DNA of 55,033 nt from Bacteroidales bacterium (GCA_046483935.1 JAWOCF010000114.1:1-55033); one strand, 5' to 3'. Shown: positions 37,220 to 45,185, counted from the stretch's first letter. Notes: a model not told the origin generated them from the sequence alone. Translations and numbers: made by a program.

Positions 37220-38488
37220 ATGGTAGCTTCTGAAATAATTGTAGGATTGGATATAGGTTCCACCAAAATAGCCTGCATTGTGGGCCGCAAAAATGAATAT
37301 GGCAAGATCGAAATCCTGGGCATGGGCCGTTCGGATTCTCTTGGGGTAAACCGGGGGGTCGTGGCCAACATCCAGAATACGGTAGAATCTATCAGTCAGG
37401 CAGTAGCCGAAGCCAGCCAGAATTCGGGAGTCGACATCAAGGTGATCAATGTGGGCATTGCCGGGCAGCATATCCGTAGCCTGCAGCACCGGGGAAACAT
37501 CATGCGCAACAGCATTGAGGAAGAAATTACCCAGGACGACATTGACAACCTGGTTGAGAATATGTTCAAACTGGTGCTGCCTCCCGGGGAGGAGATCATC
37601 CATGTGATCCCCCAGGAGTTTATCATAGACAATGAGCAAGGCATCCGCGAGCCCATCGGGATGTCGGGTATCTGCCTGGAGGCCAATTTCCATATCATCA
37701 CGGGGTTGGTAGCAGCGGCCCGAAACATCAAGAAATGTGTGGTCAAGGCAGGACTGGAAATAGAAGAAACCATTCTGGAGCCGCTGGCATCAGCTGAAGC
37801 AGTATTGAGTGCCGAGGAAAAAGAGGCTGGGGTGGTATTGGTGGATATTGGAGGTGGCACCACCGATGTGGCCATCTTCCAGGACGACGTCATCCGGCAT
37901 ACCGCGGTCATCCCCCTGGCCGGAAATTCTATTACCGACGACATCAAAGAAGGATGTTCCATCATCCGCTCCCAGGCAGAGGCCCTCAAGAAGAGTTTCG
38001 GTTCGGCCCTGGCCAGCGAGAACAAAGACGAAGAAATTGTTTCTATTCCCGGGCTCAAAGGCCGCGAGCCCAAGGAGATCTCTTTGCGCAACCTGGCTCA
38101 TATCATCCAGGCCCGTATGGAAGAGATCATCGAACATGTGCATTACGAGATCAAAAATTCAGGCTTCGAGAAAAAACTGATTGCAGGGATTGTTCTTACC
38201 GGCGGAGGAAGCCAGCTGAAGCACGTCGCACAACTCACTTCTTTCATTACCGGCATGGATACCCGCATTGGTTATCCCAACGAACATCTGGCCAAATCCC
38301 CCTCGGGCGATCTGGCTTCACCCATGCATGCCACTGGAGTGGGTCTTGTTATTAAGGGATTTCAAACCAGCGAACGCAAGGAAAGAAAGCAGCACAAAAG
38401 CAGTAGCCCGAAAAAAGAGGCCGGTTCCGGAATATTTGGAAAGTTATTTGCCCAAAGCATAAATTTTTTAAATGACGATACCAAGTAG
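37220..38488 (+). CDS. ftsA: Cell division protein FtsA
   Basis: Actin-fold phosphate motifs GLDIGSTKI and VDIGGGTTD, plus a C-terminal amphipathic helix GIFGKLFAQSINFL. Confidence 0.92.
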   Translation: MVASEIIVGLDIGSTKIACIVGRKNEYGKIEILGMGRSDSLGVNRGVVANIQNTVESISQAVAEASQNSGVDIKVINVGIAGQHIRSLQHRGNIMRNSIEEEITQDDIDNLVENMFKLVLPPGEEIIHVIPQEFIIDNEQGIREPIGMSGICLEANFHIITGLVAAARNIKKCVVKAGLEIEETILEPLASAEAVLSAEEKEAGVVLVDIGGGTTDVAIFQDDVIRHTAVIPLAGNSITDDIKEGCSIIRSQAEALKKSFGSALASENKDEEIVSIPGLKGREPKEISLRNLAHIIQARMEEIIEHVHYEIKNSGFEKKLIAGIVLTGGGSQLKHVAQLTSFITGMDTRIGYPNEHLAKSPSGDLASPMHATGVGLVIKGFQTSERKERKQHKSSSPKKEAGSGIFGKLFAQSINFLNDDTK

Positions 38489-38501
38489 CTTTTTTTATTA
38501 A

Positions 38502-38523
38502 CAACAGGTAAAAATACCTGTTG
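38502..38523 (+). other. Perfect 9-bp stem / 4-nt loop hairpin in the ftsA-ftsZ spacer
   Basis: CAACAGGTA-AAAA-TACCTGTTG lies 14 nt after the ftsA stop and 66 nt before the ftsZ ATG. No U-tract follows it. Confidence 0.5.
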
Positions 38524-38589
38524 ATAAGTAGGTGTATTTTGAGACACCCACTTTCAATATTTTTTTTACCTTCAAAACTTGAAAATAAC

Positions 38590-40131
38590 ATGACAAAAGA
38601 CATGATAAAATTCGATCTTCCCAAGAACCAATCATCCATCATCAAGGTATTGGGAGTAGGTGGAGGAGGCAGCAATGCCGTGAATCACATGTTCACGCAA
38701 GGCATTGAAGGTGTTGACTTTATCGTTTGCAATACAGACAGCCAGGCGCTGGACCTAAGCCCCGTACCCAACAAGATCCAGCTGGGGGTAAGCCTCACTG
38801 AAGGCCGTGGAGCAGGCAGCATTCCCGAGATCGGAAAGAATGCCGCCATTGAGGATATTGAGAATATCCGCAATATTTTGAACACCAATACCAAGATGGT
38901 GTTCATCACTGCGGGCATGGGTGGAGGCACCGGCACCGGAGCAGCCCCGATCATTGCCCAGGCCGCCAAAGAAATGGGAATCCTCACGGTAGGCATCATT
39001 ACCATTCCTTTCTCTTTCGAAGGCCGCAAGAGAAGGCAACAGGCCGATGAGGGTCTGAAAGAGCTCAAGCAACAGGTTGATGCACTGATTGTCATCAGCA
39101 ACGACAAGCTGCGTGAGCTCTATGGCAACCTCTCGGTATCGGAGGCCTTCTGCCGGGCCGACAATGTACTTACCACTGCCGCCAAAGGCATTGCCGAGAT
39201 CATCACCCTGACAGGGGGCGTGAATGTCGACTTTGCCGATGTGAAAACCGTCATGTCCAACAGCGGGGTTGCCATTATGGGCAGTGGGTCGGCTGAAGGC
39301 GAGAACAGGGCCATCAGAGCAGTAGAGGAAGCCATGTCCTCTCCCCTGTTGAACGACAACGACATCAATGGCGCCGAACATATCCTGTTAAACATCACCA
39401 GTGGCAAGGAAGAATTGCTGATGGATGAGATCACCGAAATTACTGATTACATCCTGATGGAATCGGGCTCTACGGCCGATATCATCTGGGGCTACGGTCG
39501 CGATGAGGCCCTGGGCAACAAGATCAACGTGATACTGGTGGCCACCGGCTTTGGTGAAAATAACGATCTGGGCTATTCAGAGCGCAGGCCGGCACAGAAA
39601 GTGGTAAGAAATCTTGAAGAGAAACAAGAAACAAAGGTTCAACAAGAAGTTCAGGAACCTGCCAACGGAATGAGGCTGGTTACCCGTACCCCTCAGCCTG
39701 AAGGCTCCTCACCTGAAAAGGCCCCTCAGAAGAGCACCCCTCAAAACAATACCATTGAGTTTGAAGTAAAGAGCAAACCAGCCACCAAAAAGCCGGGCAT
39801 GCCCGCTTCCTGGAATATGGAAAATGCGTTTGAAGGGTCCCATCAGCAGCAGGAAGCACCTCCTGCAGTCACTCATCTGTCGGAATCCGACCTGCAGCAA
39901 AAAATCATGGAACGCGAGCAACGCCTGCGCGAGCTCAGCATGAAGTTAAAAACCTCGGAAGGCCTCCAGGATCTGGAAAAGCAACCCGCCTTTGTGCGCC
40001 GCAAGGTAGAACTCAACAAGGTGCAGCACAGTTCCGAATCGCAGGTATCGCGCTATACCCTGTTTGAAGATGAAGAGAAAAAGACACAGATCAAGTCGAA
40101 CAACTCTTTTCTTCACGACAATGTAGATTAA
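38590..40131 (+). CDS. ftsZ: Cell division protein FtsZ
   Basis: GVGGGGSNAV and the tubulin signature GGGTGTGAAP. The start is placed at MTKDMIKFDLP (Met24 of the track ORF). It has a long disordered linker and a C-terminal extension. Confidence 0.95.
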   Translation: MTKDMIKFDLPKNQSSIIKVLGVGGGGSNAVNHMFTQGIEGVDFIVCNTDSQALDLSPVPNKIQLGVSLTEGRGAGSIPEIGKNAAIEDIENIRNILNTNTKMVFITAGMGGGTGTGAAPIIAQAAKEMGILTVGIITIPFSFEGRKRRQQADEGLKELKQQVDALIVISNDKLRELYGNLSVSEAFCRADNVLTTAAKGIAEIITLTGGVNVDFADVKTVMSNSGVAIMGSGSAEGENRAIRAVEEAMSSPLLNDNDINGAEHILLNITSGKEELLMDEITEITDYILMESGSTADIIWGYGRDEALGNKINVILVATGFGENNDLGYSERRPAQKVVRNLEEKQETKVQQEVQEPANGMRLVTRTPQPEGSSPEKAPQKSTPQNNTIEFEVKSKPATKKPGMPASWNMENAFEGSHQQQEAPPAVTHLSESDLQQKIMEREQRLRELSMKLKTSEGLQDLEKQPAFVRRKVELNKVQHSSESQVSRYTLFEDEEKKTQIKSNNSFLHDNVD

Positions 40132-40157
40132 CCACCAGCCTTTTCGTTTATTAAATC

Positions 40158-40195
40158 AAAAAAGGAGGAAAACAATTTTCCTCCTTTTTTATTTT
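40158..40195. terminator. Intrinsic (bidirectional) terminator after ftsZ
   Basis: Stem GGAGGAAAA (40164-40172) pairs with TTTTCCTCC (40176-40184) around a 3-nt loop, flanked by an A-run and a T-run. Confidence 0.8.
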
Positions 40196-40296
40196 GCATC
40201 CCCTTGCACCACCATTACTATATAACCATCAGAAAAAACAGGGGCATCAATCCTTCGCTTCTTCCCCTCACCCGAACTCATTCAGGGTCGTATTAT

Positions 40297-40406
40297 ATTC
40301 ACATTAAACTCACACTAAATTCGGACCAAACTCGGACTAAATTCGCGAATTCGCGAATTTAGTCCGAGTTTGGTCCGAATTTGATGCGAATTTGGTGCGA
40401 ATTTAA
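40297..40406. repeat. Dyad-symmetric array of ten 11-bp units containing a perfect 66-bp palindrome (40317-40382)
   Basis: The units are ATTCACATTAA, ACTCACACTAA, ATTCGGACCAA, ACTCGGACTAA, ATTCGCGAATT, CGCGAATTTAG, TCCGAGTTTGG, TCCGAATTTGA, TGCGAATTTGG and TGCGAATTTAA. The two 33-nt arms are exact reverse complements, centred on CGCGAATTCGCG. Confidence 0.9.
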
Positions 40407-40468
40407 TCAGGCCTTGAAGCAGGGAAGCACCTGACCTGCTGAGGACAGAAAGGTGATCGCGCTCCAAT

Positions 40469-40509
40469 AAAAAAAAGAGGCTGCCTCATAGGAGAGGCAG
40501 CCTCTTTTT
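40469..40509. terminator. Intrinsic (bidirectional) terminator after the T9SS surface-protein gene
   Basis: Stem AAAAGAGGCTGCCTC (40473-40487) pairs with GAGGCAGCCTCTTTT (40494-40508) around a 6-nt loop. On the minus strand it is followed by an 8-nt U-run. Confidence 0.85.
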
Positions 40510-40527
40510 ATAAAATAACAATACCTG

Positions 40528-43500
40528 CTAGCGGGAAAGAACCACTTTATTAAAGAAGGTGTTGTTGCCGTTGTTCAGACGGTAGAAGTATATCCCATTG
40601 GGCATTGAGCCAGCTTTCAGCGTTACTTTATGAGGAACAAATGCATCCACATGTCCTTCAAAAAGTTCTGCCACTTTTTCACCCACGATATTATAAACTT
40701 CCAGGGTTACATGTGCGCTTTCTTTCAACTCAAACTCAATGGTTGTTTCTGAGTTGAAGGGGTTGGGATAAGCCCGCAGGGCTATCTGATCCCCGCCAGT
40801 TTCCAGATTACCATCGCTTAGTGGGCTGGATGAGGTTTCACCGGGTTGGCTGATGGTGACTTCAGCAAAGGCTTCACAACCATTCTCGTCGGTTACGACC
40901 ACAGAATAATCACCTGCCACAAGTCCGGTAGCCGTTTGGGTAGTCTGGCCATCGCTCCACAGGTAGGTATAAACTTCAGATCCACCGGTAGCGGTTACGG
41001 TAGCTTCGCCGGTTGCCTCGCCATAAACTGCTACATCAGTATATGCAGTAATGGTGGCTTCCATGGCAACGGGTTCTCCAATAGTAATACACTGGTACCA
41101 CTTGCAACCATTCTGATCCATCACCAGTAAAGTATATTCGCCGGGTTCCAGATCGTAATGAACGAACCCCTGCGATTTGTCGGGGGTTGAATCAGTATTT
41201 TCCGGGTCATCCACACAGAAGGTATACAGGCAGGTATAGTATGGACCAACGCCACCTGTGATATAACCACTGACCTGTCCATCGGCTGCACCGAAGCACG
41301 ACACGTCGTCTACCTCAAGTGTAACCACCAGATCTTCGGGTTCTGCCACAACGATGCCTTCCAACATGGAGGTACATCCTTCAGCATCCATCACGTAGAC
41401 AGTATATTCACCAGCCAACAGGTCTTCGAACAAGCCTGATTCCTGGTAAACATCACCATCGATAGAATAAGTGAAGCCGCCATTGCCGCCTGTTGCCAGT
41501 ACTTCAAGACTTCCTGTAGCAGAACCATGGCACATGACATCTATAACTTCCACCAGGTTGACAAAAATTTCAGGACCATCGAGGATGGTGAAAATCTGAT
41601 CCACCCAGCAATTGTTGGCATCCAGGATTTCTACAGTATAAACGCCTGCCATCAGATCAGAGATTGTCAGTACGTCGCCAACTACAGTACCCATATTTGC
41701 AGTGTAGGGAGGCGTACCGCCATCGATTGTAATTGCAACCATACCATCATTACCTTCAAAACAAGTAACAGCAGTGGGATCTACATCCACAATAACCAGC
41801 TCTTCAGGTTGGGCAATGAAATCTGTAATGGGGAATTCACAAAGATTTTCATCTACAACTACCCAGTTGAGGGCGGCTCCGCCAGAAACGTCAGGTACTG
41901 TAACAGGAAGTACACCAACAGGAATCAGATCGTCACCATCAACAGCATACAGTGTCAGGTCGCCTGTTCCGCCTTCACCCTCTACTAAGATATCGGTGGT
42001 TCCGTCAAAGCAAAGGATGGGAGCATAGGTAAGGGCAACGGCAATGGGATCGGGCTCCTTAATTTCTACACATACGTAAGCAATACAGCCATTTACATCC
42101 ATTACCACAATAGTATACCAACCGGCCTGCAAGCCACCAAATTCAGTATCAGGCAGGGTTTTTGTGGGAACAACAGGGTCGCAACCATCTGGTACAATGC
42201 ATTCGTCAAAGAAGCAAATTTGGGCAATTTCAAATTCAGCAGTTACATTCACTGCGATATTGCCATCCGAGCCTCCATTGCAGGTTACATCGGTTACTTC
42301 AACCTCGATAAGGATTTCCTCGGGCTGGGTAATGGTGAAGGTATCTTCGGCAACACAGCCATTGGCATCGGTCACCACTACTTTGTAATCACCGGCTGCC
42401 AGAGCATCCCAGTCATATTCACCAAAATCAACATCGTAGGGCTTGGTTCCACCAGCAATAGTTAACTCAGCAACTCCGTCACTTTCTCCAAAACAACTTG
42501 CATCACTGAGAACATCTACAGTAGCAACAAGCTTATCAGGCTCAGTAATAGTGAATTCCACCTCCACAGGGCCACAGCCTTTGTAATCATCAACTATAAC
42601 AGTATAAACACCTGCTTCCAGGGCATCCCAGTCATAGTCGAAATCTACATCATATGGGGTATTACCGCCTGTAATGGTTAATGCTGCCTTGCCGTCAGCA
42701 AGACCAAAGCAACTGACATGATTGATCACTTCAACAGAAGCCACCAGTTTATCAGGTTCTGTAATGGTTACCTTCTGAGAAATCGTGCAGCCGTTTGCAT
42801 CAGTTACCATAATGCAATAATCCCCTGCTAAATGCCCGTCATAAACAACGTCATAAGCCTCTGTTTTGGCGTCATTAATACCAATGCAATCGCCATCACA
42901 GTCGTTTAACAGACAGTAGGTATACGGGCCGGTTCCGCCGGAAGCATTCACCGAGATGGTACCATCCTCGCCCTCGAAACAGGAAACATTGGTTACTGCA
43001 ATCTCCAGGGCCAGCGGCTCGGGTTCCGTCATTACAACGGTAACTAAAACTTCACAGCCATTGGCATCTAAAATCAGTGCCTCATGATCTCCTTCTGCCA
43101 GACCTGTAAGCAGCAGCTCATCACCTTCCAGCTCTACTTCATCATAGAAATAAGGAGCGGTACCGCCTGAGATCTGAATCAGGGCAGTGCCATCGGAATC
43201 TCCATTGCAGGTTGGCTCAACGATGGTTTTAACTTCAGCTTCCAGCGCTGCCAAAGGTTGTTCTATTTTAAAGGCTACAGGAACAGGACCGCATTCGTTG
43301 GCATCATATACTTCGAATGCATAATCATCAGCAGACAAACCGGTAAAGGTATATTCCGGGCCATCAAATGCTACACCATTCACGGTATAAGGAGGCGTAC
43401 CACCTGATACCGTTAGGGTTGCCGTTCCATCGGCTCCGCCAAAACACTGCACCTCTGTTACAACCGGTTCTTCAACAACCAGTTGTTCAGGCTCAGTTAC

Positions 43501-44673
43501 TGTTACACATTGGGTAAACAGGCAACCGTTGGAGTCCACCACAACGATGTAATAAGTACCGGCGCTCAGGTTGTTGTACTGCCCGGTCTGGGTTTTTTCG
43601 AACTGTGGATCCATCACTTCCGGGATACATCCAGTGTACTTGCAGATATTAAATGGTGCGGCACCATCCATTTCCACCAGGATCCGGCCATCGTTGCCGC
43701 CAAAGCAGCTAACATCAACCACCGAAATGTTTATTTCCATGGAACAATCAAGGCAATGGTTGGCACTGATCCACTCGCCGATGAATCCGGCTGCTTCCGA
43801 CAGTTCATTCTCAGTAATCCCGTTATTCTCGGCAAAATACTGATCAATAACATCCATGTAATAAGCCAGACCATATTCATCATCAAATTTCTCCAGGGTG
43901 ATGCCACTCAGATAAATGGCAGCATATTGGGTAAAGGCACTGTTCACGGCACTGGCCGGAGGCCAGAAAGCGGCACCCTCTGCCTGGGTATATTCTTTTC
44001 CACCCAGCTCCACATTATAAGGCCACACCACACCACCTGGCTTGGCAAACCAGTAACCCTGCGAATAGGCACAGGTTACCAGCTCCTTGAACTGAATGTC
44101 ATCAATACCAAAGTCATTGCCATAGGCAATGTCGGAGGTTTCAACAATGGTGATTTCCGCCACGTTGTGTCCGCTTTTGTCTTCATCGGAAAACCAGGTA
44201 AAGTTTTTCCAGACATTGGTTTCATTGGGAGCAACAACAATCTGGTCGTGTGCAACACCATTGATATAAATGGTAATTTCCAAATCAGCAGGTGCAGCCG
44301 TTACCAGGCTGGAAACCATCATGCTGAACATGTACTCTTTTCCGGGTTCCACAGGAACATCCTGTTGCCAGACGATCTTTCCACTTTCATCGGCACCATT
44401 CACGATCAGGAAGTAGTCACCCAAATAAGGGGCTCCTGTAAAGTCGTTGTGAAAATCATGAGGATCGTTGGCTACAGTATAAGTACCTTCAGGAACCATA
44501 CTGCCACCATCACCTACATAGGTATACTCGGTAAAGAATCCGGTGTTGCCATCGGAAAAGTCTCCGTTGACCACCAGGTTGGGTTGATACACTGCTGCAG
44601 AAGCAAGACCACTCCCCAGGAATAGCCAGGCTAACATCAGCATGAATTGTCTTATTTGTTTGAAGTGTTTCAT
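40528..44673 (-). CDS. Large T9SS-secreted surface protein: N-terminal CBM-like domain, Cys-bracketed insert, about 12 SprB-type repeat modules, type-A C-terminal sorting domain
   Basis: Signal peptide MKHFKQIRQFMLMLAWLFLGSGLASA (Met28 of the track ORF). NLVVNGDFSDGNTGF opens a CBM4/9-like jelly roll. Modules of about 72 aa repeat with C(F/N/H)G..DG...(V/I)..GG..PY...AG.Y...V.D.NGC. The C-terminus reads YPNPFNSETTIEFEL...GIYFYRL...KVVLSR. Confidence 0.85.
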   Translation of the reverse strand: MKHFKQIRQFMLMLAWLFLGSGLASAAVYQPNLVVNGDFSDGNTGFFTEYTYVGDGGSMVPEGTYTVANDPHDFHNDFTGAPYLGDYFLIVNGADESGKIVWQQDVPVEPGKEYMFSMMVSSLVTAAPADLEITIYINGVAHDQIVVAPNETNVWKNFTWFSDEDKSGHNVAEITIVETSDIAYGNDFGIDDIQFKELVTCAYSQGYWFAKPGGVVWPYNVELGGKEYTQAEGAAFWPPASAVNSAFTQYAAIYLSGITLEKFDDEYGLAYYMDVIDQYFAENNGITENELSEAAGFIGEWISANHCLDCSMEINISVVDVSCFGGNDGRILVEMDGAAPFNICKYTGCIPEVMDPQFEKTQTGQYNNLSAGTYYIVVVDSNGCLFTQCVTVTEPEQLVVEEPVVTEVQCFGGADGTATLTVSGGTPPYTVNGVAFDGPEYTFTGLSADDYAFEVYDANECGPVPVAFKIEQPLAALEAEVKTIVEPTCNGDSDGTALIQISGGTAPYFYDEVELEGDELLLTGLAEGDHEALILDANGCEVLVTVVMTEPEPLALEIAVTNVSCFEGEDGTISVNASGGTGPYTYCLLNDCDGDCIGINDAKTEAYDVVYDGHLAGDYCIMVTDANGCTISQKVTITEPDKLVASVEVINHVSCFGLADGKAALTITGGNTPYDVDFDYDWDALEAGVYTVIVDDYKGCGPVEVEFTITEPDKLVATVDVLSDASCFGESDGVAELTIAGGTKPYDVDFGEYDWDALAAGDYKVVVTDANGCVAEDTFTITQPEEILIEVEVTDVTCNGGSDGNIAVNVTAEFEIAQICFFDECIVPDGCDPVVPTKTLPDTEFGGLQAGWYTIVVMDVNGCIAYVCVEIKEPDPIAVALTYAPILCFDGTTDILVEGEGGTGDLTLYAVDGDDLIPVGVLPVTVPDVSGGAALNWVVVDENLCEFPITDFIAQPEELVIVDVDPTAVTCFEGNDGMVAITIDGGTPPYTANMGTVVGDVLTISDLMAGVYTVEILDANNCWVDQIFTILDGPEIFVNLVEVIDVMCHGSATGSLEVLATGGNGGFTYSIDGDVYQESGLFEDLLAGEYTVYVMDAEGCTSMLEGIVVAEPEDLVVTLEVDDVSCFGAADGQVSGYITGGVGPYYTCLYTFCVDDPENTDSTPDKSQGFVHYDLEPGEYTLLVMDQNGCKWYQCITIGEPVAMEATITAYTDVAVYGEATGEATVTATGGSEVYTYLWSDGQTTQTATGLVAGDYSVVVTDENGCEAFAEVTISQPGETSSSPLSDGNLETGGDQIALRAYPNPFNSETTIEFELKESAHVTLEVYNIVGEKVAELFEGHVDAFVPHKVTLKAGSMPNGIYFYRLNNGNNTFFNKVVLSR

Positions 44674-45185
44674 AATACTAATAGTTTGGTTTAAACTGAA
44701 TTGTGTTTGACATGAGAAAAGGAAGAAATCCTTGAGGATTTCTTCTTTATCCATCTCTGCAAAGAATAAATGGAGGCTGTTTCATAGGCATCAGAGTTTA
44801 ATGAAAAAAGAAAGATAGATGGTATTCAAAGTATAATTTTATCACTTAGTATGGTCTTTGTTTTTCTTCGTATAAATATATTCCTAGTTTTCGCACGTGT
44901 CCATTAGTAATTATTCATATTTTTTCATCCGTATAAACCCTTACATTTTTCTACGTTATTTGTCATATAGCACTGATTTTCAGATACATTATATTAAAAT
45001 CATGACGGAGTGACTTTTTTGATCATTTTTCCTGTTTTGCTTAAAATGCATTTAAGTTCGATCAATTAGGGTTTATTTATTTTAACAATATTTTAAGAAC
45101 TTAAAATTAAAACCACCTCTGTGTATTCAGACATATAATCGACAGTAGAGATCGCTACCAGATATTATCGCCCGAAATTTCTTTG

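Noticed and set aside
37396-38091. 231-aa ORF antisense to ftsA, plus several + strand alternative-frame ORFs (37809-38355)
   Set aside because: They lie inside a well-supported ftsA frame. The translations are Ser/Pro/Arg-rich frame artefacts.
40297-40406. CRISPR array or simple intrinsic terminator as an explanation for the 11-bp unit array
   Set aside because: It is not a CRISPR array, because the units are contiguous with no spacers and are only 11 bp long. It is not a plain terminator, because dedicated hairpin/U-tract terminators for both convergent genes already lie on either side and the palindrome has no flanking U-run. It is therefore reported as an unexplained element.
43483-44625. 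380-aa ORF on the + strand inside the adhesin gene
   Set aside because: It is entirely antisense to a gene with strong domain evidence. The translation is low-complexity, has no motifs and no start context, and looks like a typical shadow ORF of a repeat-rich, codon-biased gene.
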